Source of the DNA: an uncultured bacterium
Lineage (GTDB): Bacteria > Krumholzibacteriota > Krumholzibacteriia > LZORAL124-64-63
NCBI GenBank assembly: GCA_963732385.1
Contig: CAVSZB010000007.1
Location: 1,472,001-1,536,000 of the forward strand
DNA: 64,000 nt
Reading direction: 5' to 3'
The position numbers were made by a program, and so were the translations under genes. How positions within the stretch are numbered: the first letter of the stretch is position 1; every line of letters starts with the position of its first letter. This document shows positions 1 to 8,419 of the stretch, in pieces. The notes under the pieces are model-generated. The model did not search any database and was not told the origin of the DNA. It saw only the letters and a list, made by a program, of their open reading frames with translations.

Positions 1-660
1 GGGGCGGGGCTGATCGCGCTCGGGCTGCTGGCGCTCGTGATTCCGTCGGTGCAGGACATCGTCGTCGTGATCCTGGTGACGGCGCTGCCGGCCGAAATCT
101 TCGTCGCGTGGACGTCGCGGCGGGAAATCGCGTGGCGGCAGGTGGCGCTGATCGGGGCGGGGGTCGTGGCCGGGGTGCCGATCGGGACCTGGATCCTGCA
201 GGCGGGGCAGGCAAACTTCCTGATCGTGCTGCTCGGGACGTTCCTGATCGCGACCGGCGCGACGTTCCTCGCCCTGCCGACGCACTGGCGGGTGCGCTGG
301 CCGCGCTGGACGGCGCCGCCAGTCGGACTGCTCGGCGGGGCGCTGTCGGGCATGTTCGGCACGGGCGGCCCCCCCGTGATCATCTGGTATCGTCTGGCCG
401 GCGTCGAAAAAGCCGCCTTCCGCGGCAACCTGATGGCGATCTGGATGCTGGTCAGCCTGACCCGGCTGCCGTCCTACGGCGTGGCCGGCCTGCTCACCGC
501 GCCGCGCCTCTGGTCGGGACTCGCCGTGCTGCCGGCGGTGCTGCTGGGCGGCTGGCTCGGGCACCGCATCCACCTCGAGATCTCCGAGCGGACTTTCCAG
601 CGGGCGGTGGCGGTGGCGCTGGCGATCATCGGGGCGCTGCTGCTGGTGCGCCACGGCTGA
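1..660 (+). CDS. TauE/SafE-family sulfite exporter-like membrane protein (5' truncated by window edge)
   Basis: Frame open from base 1; multiple hydrophobic helices; 'GMFGTGGPP' and 'FRGNL' motifs typical of TauE/SafE. Confidence 0.8.
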   Translation, partial: GAGLIALGLLALVIPSVQDIVVVILVTALPAEIFVAWTSRREIAWRQVALIGAGVVAGVPIGTWILQAGQANFLIVLLGTFLIATGATFLALPTHWRVRWPRWTAPPVGLLGGALSGMFGTGGPPVIIWYRLAGVEKAAFRGNLMAIWMLVSLTRLPSYGVAGLLTAPRLWSGLAVLPAVLLGGWLGHRIHLEISERTFQRAVAVALAIIGALLLVRHG

Positions 661-758
661 GCCGTGGTATTGTCCATCGTCGCACGCACTGCCGCGGGGG
701 GCCGGTGCGCGCCGCGCGAGACGGGCGCCCCCACGCGGCTTCCGGGAAAGGACAATCC

Positions 759-1349
759 ATGAAGCGTTCCCGCATCACCCTGCTCGCCTGCGTCGTTGCC
801 GTGATCGCCCTGCCCGCCGTCGGTGCCGCCGCCTGGCCGCACGAGCGGCAGGGGGTCATGCTCGGATTCAACGCCGGCGCAGGAAGCGCCGAGCTTCAGT
901 TCGAGAGCAGCGACGGCACCACCGTCAGCGGCGATCGCGAGGCAGGCGGCGCCTTCGGCCTGCGCGCCGGCTATGCGTTCAACGACCGCCTGGCGCTCGG
1001 GCTGGAGGGCACGGGCTGGAGCCGCACCTTCGAGAACGGCTCCGGCCTCGACGCCACCTGGACCTTCACCGTCTCCACTATCGCCCTCACCTGGTACCCC
1101 GGCGGCGGCGGCTTTTTGCTGCGCGGCGGGCTCGGCTGGGGACGGGCCGAGGTGAAGACGGACCTGGGCGACGTGGAGATCACCAACCACGACACCGGCG
1201 GCGCCGCGCTGATCGGCCTCGGCTACGAGTGGCGCCTCGGCCGTCGTTTCGCGCTCGGCCCCGCCGTCGACTTCGGCGGCATGGATCTGGGCGAGGGGTG
1301 GAAGGCGAACATCGCCAACGTGACCGTCGGCCTGACCTGGTACCTGTAG
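759..1349 (+). CDS. Outer-membrane beta-barrel domain protein
   Basis: ATG at 759 after AAGGA; signal peptide MKRSRITLLACVVAVIALPAVGAA; alternating beta-strands; aromatic C-terminus 'GLTWYL'. Confidence 0.75.
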   Translation: MKRSRITLLACVVAVIALPAVGAAAWPHERQGVMLGFNAGAGSAELQFESSDGTTVSGDREAGGAFGLRAGYAFNDRLALGLEGTGWSRTFENGSGLDATWTFTVSTIALTWYPGGGGFLLRGGLGWGRAEVKTDLGDVEITNHDTGGAALIGLGYEWRLGRRFALGPAVDFGGMDLGEGWKANIANVTVGLTWYL

Positions 1350-1410
1350 ACGCGGCACTGCTCCGGAAACCGTACTGCCGGGCCGTGAGACTCGGGGAAG
1401 AGGGAAGATC

Positions 1411-2520
1411 ATGATGATGCGGCGGCTGTCTCCGCTGGCGCTGGTCGCCCTGCTGTCACTGTGGACCGCCGCGGCGGCTCAATCGCCTTCCGCCGCCCCG
1501 GCCGATCCGGCGACCCTCGCCGCGCGGGTGGAAAAACTTGACGGGGCGATGCAGGCGCTCAACCACCGGCTCGACGAGCTGATGAAGAGCGTCGACGACA
1601 ACCTCTGGTTCGACCGCGTCGGCGACGTGGCGATCGTCGAGAAGGCGCGCATCACCGGGCCACCGCCGTGGAAGGAGGAGAACCCCACGGCGATCGGCGC
1701 CGGCAATCCGGTCAAGTTCTACACCTATGTCTTCCTGCCGCGGACCCTGCCCAAAAGCGGCAGGTGCCCGCTCATCGTCCTGCCGCACGGCGGCGTGCAC
1801 GCCGACTTCACCACCTACCACACGCACATCGTGCGGGAGCTGGTGGCGCAGGGGTACGTGGTGGTGGCGCCGGAGTACCGGGGCAGCACCGGCTACGGGC
1901 AGGGCTTCTACGAGCGGATCGACTACGGCGGCCTCGAGGCCGAAGACTGCCACGCGGCACGGCAGTGGGCGATCGACACCTACCCCTGCGTGGACGGCTC
2001 GCGCACGGCGATCGTCGGCTGGAGCCATGGCGGCCTGATCGCCCTGATGACCGTCTTCGCCCACCCCGACGACTACCGCTGCGCGTTCGCCGGCGTGCCG
2101 GTGAGCGACCTCGTGCAGCGCCTCGGCTACTGGGGCGAGGAGTACGCCGCCGACTTCTCGGCGCCGTACCACATCGGCCAGACCGTCGCCGAAAACCTGC
2201 CGGAGTACAAGCGGCGTTCCCCGGTCTGGAATGTCGACAAGCTGAAGACTCCGCTGCTGATCCACGGCAACACCAACGACGAGGACGTCAACGTGATCGA
2301 GGTGGAGCACCTCATCCAGGCGCTGAAGGCGGCCGGCAAGGAATTCGAATCCGAGATCTACCAGGACGTCCCGGGCGGGCACAGCTTCGACCGGCTCGAC
2401 ACGCCCCGGGCGCTGGAAATCCGCGTGAAGATCTACGGCTTCCTGGCGCGCCACCTCGACCCGCCGTCGCCATTGCGCTCCGTGGCGGAGGTGCGCCGCG
2501 CGGCGTTCCGGCAGCCATGA
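1411..2520 (+). CDS. S9 (prolyl oligopeptidase family) serine peptidase, secreted
   Basis: Signal peptide; HGG, 'EYRGSTGYG', nucleophile motif GWSHGG, Asp in 'NDEDV', His in 'GGHSF'. Confidence 0.85.
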   Translation: MMMRRLSPLALVALLSLWTAAAAQSPSAAPADPATLAARVEKLDGAMQALNHRLDELMKSVDDNLWFDRVGDVAIVEKARITGPPPWKEENPTAIGAGNPVKFYTYVFLPRTLPKSGRCPLIVLPHGGVHADFTTYHTHIVRELVAQGYVVVAPEYRGSTGYGQGFYERIDYGGLEAEDCHAARQWAIDTYPCVDGSRTAIVGWSHGGLIALMTVFAHPDDYRCAFAGVPVSDLVQRLGYWGEEYAADFSAPYHIGQTVAENLPEYKRRSPVWNVDKLKTPLLIHGNTNDEDVNVIEVEHLIQALKAAGKEFESEIYQDVPGGHSFDRLDTPRALEIRVKIYGFLARHLDPPSPLRSVAEVRRAAFRQP

Positions 2521-3623
2521 GCGCGCGCACGGACAGCGCGCGGCGGGCCGTCCCGCTCCTGCTGCTGCTGGGACTGCTGGCCGGTTGTGACGCCGCGCCA
2601 CGCGACCGCTCCGCAGTGGCCGGAGACAGCCCGTACCAGCCCGCCACCTGGATCGGCGGCGAGGCGGCCGCCGGGCCCCTCGCGGTCACGCACGGCGGCG
2701 TCGGTTCGCCTCCGGAGTGGTCGGTCGACTGCCAGCGCGCCGCCGGTCTGGCCCTGGACGCCCTCACGCAGGGCGGCAGCGCCCTCGACGCCGCCGTCGT
2801 CGGCACGCTGATCCTCGAGGAGAACCCCCGCTTCAACGCCGGCACCGGCGCCAACATCCGGCTCGACGGCCGCTCCATCCAGATGGACGCCGCCGTCATG
2901 ACGAGCGAGGGACTTTTCGGCGCGGTGGCGGTGATCGAACGGGTGCGCAACCCGGTGCTGGTCGCGCGGGCCCTGCTCGACACGCCGCACCTGCTGCTGG
3001 CGGGCGAGGGAGCCACGCGCTTCGCCCACGCCGCCGGTTTCGCCGACGAACTGCCGAACTGCCCCGAGGCCGAGGCGAAGTACCGGCAGCGCATCGCCAC
3101 GCTGCTCGGCGGCAGGGCGGGCGAAGGCTTCGCGGACTTCGACTGGCGCCGCTACTGGAACTACCCCGATCCGCTCCCTCCGGAGCTGGCGGCGCCGGCC
3201 GCCGGCGAAAGCCCCCGTCCTGCCGATCCGGGGCCACACGACACCGTCGGCACCGTCGCGCGCGACGCCGACGGCCGCTTCGCCGCCACCCTCTCCACCG
3301 GCGGCACCTCGCTGACGCTCTACGGCCGGGTCGGAGACGTGCCGATCTACGGCGCCGGCTGCTACGCCGGCCCGGCAGGCGCGGTGGCCTGCACCGGTTT
3401 CGGCGAGGAGATCATCCGCCAGGCGATGGCCCGCACCGTCTACGACCTGCTGGCGGCCGGCGTGCCGGCGCGCGAGGCGGTCCGCCGCGGCTGCGCCCGC
3501 TTCCCCGCCGACGCCGCGCTCGGCCTCATCGCCGTCAACGCCCGCGGCTGGGGCGTCGCGGCCAACCGGTCGATGGCGTGCGGGCAGGCAGCAGCGACTG
3601 CGTCCTCCAATTCCGCGCGCTGA
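2517..3623 (+). CDS. Isoaspartyl peptidase/L-asparaginase (Ntn hydrolase), predicted lipoprotein
   Basis: ATGA overlap with upstream stop; lipobox LLAGC; motifs HGG, 'FNAGTG', 'MDAAVM', 'DTVG', 'STGG', 'GRVGDVP', 'TGFGE'. Confidence 0.85.
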   Translation: MSARTDSARRAVPLLLLLGLLAGCDAAPRDRSAVAGDSPYQPATWIGGEAAAGPLAVTHGGVGSPPEWSVDCQRAAGLALDALTQGGSALDAAVVGTLILEENPRFNAGTGANIRLDGRSIQMDAAVMTSEGLFGAVAVIERVRNPVLVARALLDTPHLLLAGEGATRFAHAAGFADELPNCPEAEAKYRQRIATLLGGRAGEGFADFDWRRYWNYPDPLPPELAAPAAGESPRPADPGPHDTVGTVARDADGRFAATLSTGGTSLTLYGRVGDVPIYGAGCYAGPAGAVACTGFGEEIIRQAMARTVYDLLAAGVPAREAVRRGCARFPADAALGLIAVNARGWGVAANRSMACGQAAATASSNSAR

Positions 3624-3773
3624 AACCCCCGCAACGCAGCCACGCCCGTGGGTGGGGACGCGTCCCCCTTTGCCCGTGAGTCCACCTCGTTTTCTGGCCT
3701 CGAATTTGTAGGGTATACTCTTGCGGATAATTAAGATATTATCTGTCGCCATTACGCCGCAAGGGGTCGACAC

Positions 3774-5054
3774 GTGTCCAATAGACACAACGTATTGCTG
3801 GCAAACATCATAACTCTGCTCGCCCTGGCCGGATGCGGCGCGGGCGACGATCCCACGGCCCTCGCTCCTCCGGGCCATACGCCGCAGGATGCAATGCAGT
3901 CGCCCCGGATGGCCATCGTCGACTTCCGGACCGGGAATCTCGACACCCCGGAGGCGGCCGAACGCTATGCGCGCGCGGATCTCGTCGTGCTCGAGAGCAC
4001 CTACCTCTGGGCGCGGCCGCAGAACGCCGGCTTCGTGGCCAGCGTCAAGGCGCTCAGCCCCGATACCAGGGTGCTCGGTTATGTGCTGGGCAAAAGCTCC
4101 TGGACGACCTGGGGCGACGAGCCCGACAGCGATCCGACCGCCAACCCCTACGGCTGGGACTGGTACCAGGCCACGCGACCCTACTGGTGCTGGACCACGA
4201 CCGGCGACACGCTGATGGACTGGCCGCTGCAGGTGGTGCTCGACATCACCAACCCGGCCTGCCGGCGGGCGATGATCGGAGTGCTCCTGAAGTGGCGCCG
4301 CGAGGGGGAGAATCCGGTGGATGGCTTCTTCTGGGACTACTTCTCCACTTCACTCTGGATCGCCCCCGCCGTCGACGCGACCATGGACGGCGAGCCTGAC
4401 CTCGACGGCGACGGGATCGGGCACTTCGAAGACGCCGATGAGCGGCAGGCCTTTCGCGACGCGCAGACGGCGCTGGTCCTGGAAACCCGCGCCGCGTTCG
4501 GCAACGATTTCATCCAGATCTTCAACGGCGGGCGCGCGGCCGGGGATTCGAGCTTCGCGGCGCTCGGCGACGGCATGTTCTACGAACTGTTCCCCACCGT
4601 CGGCTTCTGGGGCGGGCCGAGGATGGCGCTGGCGCTCGACCCCGCGCGCCCCAACAACCTCTACGCCGCGCGCGGCTGGCCGCGCACGCGTAACGGCGGA
4701 CCGTGGCTGATCCTCTCCAACCCGACGCCGGTGAGCTGGTGGGGTCCGGACGGGCAACTGGTCGTGTTCAACCTGGGCGATCTCAACCGCGTCGTGGCGC
4801 TGCTGACCGGAGCCACCGCCTGCTTCCACGAACCGCCCTCTGTGCGGTACGGCTGGCCCGCGTACGAACCGGCCCTGGGCGCTTCGCTCGGCGGGGTCGT
4901 CTGCAGCGGCGACACGCTCACCCGCGATTTCGCGGGCGGACGGGTGAAGCTCATCATGCGCAGCGGGGACGGCGCGCTGCCGTTCGATTACGAGATCACC
5001 GAGGGTGACTCCGTGGTGCAGGCGTTGCGCTTTCCGGAGTACCTCTCCCGCTGA
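3774..5054 (+). CDS. Lipoprotein, putative glycoside hydrolase-like (TIM-barrel) protein
   Basis: Lipobox LALAGC; 'DGFFWD' and 'IFNGG...GDGMFYE' resemble GHL15-like putative hydrolases; one DLDGDG motif. Confidence 0.5.
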   Translation: MSNRHNVLLANIITLLALAGCGAGDDPTALAPPGHTPQDAMQSPRMAIVDFRTGNLDTPEAAERYARADLVVLESTYLWARPQNAGFVASVKALSPDTRVLGYVLGKSSWTTWGDEPDSDPTANPYGWDWYQATRPYWCWTTTGDTLMDWPLQVVLDITNPACRRAMIGVLLKWRREGENPVDGFFWDYFSTSLWIAPAVDATMDGEPDLDGDGIGHFEDADERQAFRDAQTALVLETRAAFGNDFIQIFNGGRAAGDSSFAALGDGMFYELFPTVGFWGGPRMALALDPARPNNLYAARGWPRTRNGGPWLILSNPTPVSWWGPDGQLVVFNLGDLNRVVALLTGATACFHEPPSVRYGWPAYEPALGASLGGVVCSGDTLTRDFAGGRVKLIMRSGDGALPFDYEITEGDSVVQALRFPEYLSR

Positions 5055-5057
5055 TGA

Positions 5058-5702
5058 TCAGTGCCCCTCAACCCGGAACAGCTTCTCCCCCACGCGCACC
5101 GGCAGCGGCAGGCGGTTCTCCTTGGGCGGCAGGGTGCAGTTGTACCGATCGGGGTTGTAGTCGCAGAGCGGGTTGTAGGCGTAGTTGAAATCCAGGACGA
5201 GGGACTTGCCGTCCGCCTCCGGCTTCAGATCGAGGTAGCGTCCGCCGGCGTAGGTCTCCTGGCCGCTCGTTTCATCGAAGAACGGCAGCCAGTACCCCTC
5301 GTCCGGCCCCGCGCCGGGTGACGAGTAGACCCCCAGGGTGATCGTCCGCCCACCGGTCCGGAACGACACCTTTCCCGCCTTCACATACGGCAGCTGGTTG
5401 CCCTTGCGCTTGACCAGCATGACCGTGTCGGGCCGGGCCTCGCGCACGAACGGCACGCGGAAGCGGTACGCGGGATCCGGGTCGTAGTAGTTCAGCCCCT
5501 CGAAACCGGCGCGATCGTCCGGCCGCAGCGGCGTCTGGGTCGAGTCCATGAAGGCCTCGTTCTTGTCGATGCGCATCTCGACCAGCGCGATCTGCCAGTT
5601 CTCCAGCTCGAGATCGTTCATCGTGACGGGGCCGGGCGCCTCGTTCGCCGTGCCGCAGCCCGCCGCCAGACAGAGGAGCATCAGGGCCAGTCTCGTTTTC
5701 AT
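5058..5702 (-). CDS. DUF1684 domain lipoprotein
   Basis: 'PFFDETSGQETYAGGRYLD', 'LDFNYAYNPLCDYN...CTLPPKENRL' family motifs; lipobox LAAGC. Confidence 0.9.
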   Translation of the reverse strand: MKTRLALMLLCLAAGCGTANEAPGPVTMNDLELENWQIALVEMRIDKNEAFMDSTQTPLRPDDRAGFEGLNYYDPDPAYRFRVPFVREARPDTVMLVKRKGNQLPYVKAGKVSFRTGGRTITLGVYSSPGAGPDEGYWLPFFDETSGQETYAGGRYLDLKPEADGKSLVLDFNYAYNPLCDYNPDRYNCTLPPKENRLPLPVRVGEKLFRVEGH

Positions 5703-5805
5703 CGTATCCCGGTCCTCGCTGTCGTTCCGATGCCTGTCGCCGACTCCCGCCGCACCGCGGGGCCGCCCCGGGGGGGACGGCGCCCGCGGCGATGCGGCGG
5801 CACTA

Positions 5806-7593
5806 CTAGATGGGCCGCGTCGCGGACTTCAGCCACGCGCGGTGCTCGGGGTCAAGATGCGACCGCAGTTCACGATACACGCGGGCGTGGTAGGCGTTCA
5901 GCCAGGCGCGCTCGCGCGGTATGAGCAGCTTGCGATCGACCAGCCGCCGGTCGATCGGACAGAGCGTGACCACGTCCCAGCGGTACCAGTCCCCCTCGGA
6001 GCCGCTCAGCTTCTCGTCGCGCGCCACGAAGGCCAGATTCTCGATGCGGATGCCCCAGCCGCCAGCCTTGTAGTAGCCCGGCTCGATCGACAGCAGCTGG
6101 CCGGGGCGCAGCGGCACGTTCCGCACGTCCTTGGGCGTGAGGCCCATCGGCCCCTCGTGCACGCTCAGGTAGTGCCCGACGCCATGGCCGGTGCCGTGCC
6201 CGTAGTTGAGTCCCGCCTCCCAGAGCGGCTGCCGCGCCAGCACTTCGAGGCGCTGGCCGGAGGTGCCGGCCGGGAACTTCGCCGCGGCGACCGCGATGTG
6301 CCCGCGCAGCACGCGGGTGAAGGCGTCCTTCTGGCGCGGGGTCGGAGCGCCCAGGGTGAGGGTGCGCGTGATGTCCGTGGTGCCGTCGAGGTAGAGACCG
6401 CCGGAGTCGATCAGGTAGATCCCCCGCGGACGCAGCCGCGCATTGCTCTTGCGGTCCGCGGCATAGTGGACGATGGCGCCGTGCGCCCCGTAGGCGCTGA
6501 TGGTGTTGAAGCTCAGCCCCTGGAAATAGCGACCCTCGGCGCGGAACGCCTCGAGACGGTCGGCGGCCGACAGCTCGGTCACGTCGCCGCCACGCACGGC
6601 CGGTTCGAGCCACTTCAGGAACTTCACCATCGCCACGCCGTCGCGCACGTGGGCCGCCGCGACGCCGCGGATCTGGACCGGGTTCTTGACCGCCTTGAGC
6701 GCGGTCACCGGAGAGGGGCCGCGCACGATCTGCTCCGCGCGGAGCTGGTCCGCCACCCAGGCGTTGGTGGTGGCGGGGTCGAGCAGGACCGGTACCCGCG
6801 CGGCCCGCAGCTCGCGCAACGTGGCGGGCAGTTTCGTGTACGGCAGGATCTTCACGTCGCGCCGCAGCGACTTCGCCAGCTCCGGCGTGATCTTGAGGGG
6901 GTCGATGAAGAGGCGCGCCTCACGTTCCATGACGACGGCGTACGCGATCACCACCGGATTGAAGTCGACGTCCGCGCCGCGCACGTTGAACAGCCAGGCG
7001 ATCGTGTCGAGGGCCGCCAGCACGTGAGCGCGCGCGCCGGCCGCCCGCGTGGCCTCGCGCACCTGGCGCAATTTTTCGCGCGCCGTCGCGCCGGCGTGGC
7101 GCGGACTGTGCAGCCGCACCGGATCGAGTCGCGCCGCCGGCCGGTCGGGCCAGATTTCGTCCACGAGGTTGGCTGCGAGCGGACGCACGGTGAGGCCCGC
7201 CTCGGCCAGTTCCGCCACGAAGGTCTCCGCCTCCTGCACCGACAGCAGCTGCGGATCGACCCCCAGGGTCTGACCCGGTTTCAACTGCCGGGCGATCCAC
7301 CCGGGGATGGACGGCGTGCCGGGCATGGCGAGCTTCATCAGCGTGATGCCCGAGCCCCGCAACTGCAGTTCGGCCTGCAGGAAGTAGCGCGAGTCGGTCC
7401 AAAGCGCGGCCTGGCGCGCGGTCACCACCACGTCGCCGGCCGAGCCGGTGAATCCGCTCAGCCACCCGCGACGCTGCCACAGGGCCGGCACATATTCGCT
7501 CTGGTGAGGATCCGTGCCGGGGACGAAGAAGGCGTCGACTTTGTTGTTGCGCATCAACGCGCGCAGCGCCGCAAGCTTCTGCCGGGTATCCAT
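5806..7593 (-). CDS. Xaa-Pro aminopeptidase (M24B, aminopeptidase P family)
   Basis: 'DPHQSEY', 'SGFTGSAG', 'DSGGLYLDGTTDITRT', 'HGTGHGVG...VHEGP', 'EPGYY', 'GIRIEN'. Confidence 0.93.
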   Translation of the reverse strand: MDTRQKLAALRALMRNNKVDAFFVPGTDPHQSEYVPALWQRRGWLSGFTGSAGDVVVTARQAALWTDSRYFLQAELQLRGSGITLMKLAMPGTPSIPGWIARQLKPGQTLGVDPQLLSVQEAETFVAELAEAGLTVRPLAANLVDEIWPDRPAARLDPVRLHSPRHAGATAREKLRQVREATRAAGARAHVLAALDTIAWLFNVRGADVDFNPVVIAYAVVMEREARLFIDPLKITPELAKSLRRDVKILPYTKLPATLRELRAARVPVLLDPATTNAWVADQLRAEQIVRGPSPVTALKAVKNPVQIRGVAAAHVRDGVAMVKFLKWLEPAVRGGDVTELSAADRLEAFRAEGRYFQGLSFNTISAYGAHGAIVHYAADRKSNARLRPRGIYLIDSGGLYLDGTTDITRTLTLGAPTPRQKDAFTRVLRGHIAVAAAKFPAGTSGQRLEVLARQPLWEAGLNYGHGTGHGVGHYLSVHEGPMGLTPKDVRNVPLRPGQLLSIEPGYYKAGGWGIRIENLAFVARDEKLSGSEGDWYRWDVVTLCPIDRRLVDRKLLIPRERAWLNAYHARVYRELRSHLDPEHRAWLKSATRPI

Positions 7594-7613
7594 GCCTCTC
7601 CTTTCGGGGGAAT

Positions 7614-8282
7614 TCAATGCCAGTCGCCCTGCCCGGGCGCGCCTGGTTCGCCGAGATCCGCGTCGGCGGGCGTCACGATGTCAGCGGCGTCGCCCTCGAG
7701 CGTGCCGACGGGGGTTTCGATGATGCGCCCGAGCTCCTCGCCGTCGGCGCGGAAGATGAACGTCGGCACGAGCGTCACGCCCCAGACGGCCCGGATGTCG
7801 CGCGGGGCGCCGACCGCCTCCGACTTCGCCAGCGCCGCCGCATCGTCCTTGCGACCGACGGCGAACATGCGCAGCCGCAGGTTCGGGTTGGCGGCGCTCG
7901 CCAATAGTTTCCAGAAACGGGGCACCTCGCGGCGCGAATCCCCGCACCAGGTGCCCAGCACGCAGACCACGTCCACGGGACGCGACACTGCGGCCAGCCG
8001 CGCCACCGCCCCCGGTTCCGGCACATAGGCCGCGGCAGAGTCGTTCCAGGCGGGGAAACCGGCGACAATATCCTCGCGGGCGACCTCGCCGACCAGATAC
8101 GGACCCTTCTCCCCCTCCACGACTCCGAAGGTCGGCGCGGCCGCGACAGCCACGGGGGCCGGGACGGCCGGCGCGCCGGCAGGATCCGCGGCGTCGGCGC
8201 GGGTTGTCGCGAACATGCCGACGCCGGCGATCCACACCACCGCCGTAACGGCGCGCAAACCTGAAAGGTGACGCTGGAACAT
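7614..8282 (-). CDS. Exported thioredoxin-family protein (CxxS)
   Basis: Signal peptide; 'GTWCGDS', cis-Pro loop 'VPTFIF', 'ELGRIIE'. Confidence 0.8.
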   Translation of the reverse strand: MFQRHLSGLRAVTAVVWIAGVGMFATTRADAADPAGAPAVPAPVAVAAAPTFGVVEGEKGPYLVGEVAREDIVAGFPAWNDSAAAYVPEPGAVARLAAVSRPVDVVCVLGTWCGDSRREVPRFWKLLASAANPNLRLRMFAVGRKDDAAALAKSEAVGAPRDIRAVWGVTLVPTFIFRADGEELGRIIETPVGTLEGDAADIVTPADADLGEPGAPGQGDWH

Positions 8283-8419
8283 CCCGATCTCCTCGTTTCC
8301 GTCGCCGGGCGAAGTGTGGTGTTTGCCTCTCGACAGGCCTACTATTAATAGCAGACGTCGCGGTCCCCGCGCATCGCAAAGGGGGACCGCCCGCGAAATC
8401 GCCGCCCCGGAAGGACGTC

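Noticed and set aside
108..758. N-terminal extensions given by the ORF track (also 1668, 12649, 14619, 36909, 37085, 37493, 43456, 47511)
   Set aside because: They overlap neighbouring genes; starts were reset to codons with an RBS, signal peptide or family-typical N-terminus
8360..8390. Inverted repeat GCGGTCCCC...GGGGACCGC between divergent genes
   Set aside because: Single GC-rich 9-bp stem with no second copy or U-tract; function cannot be supported
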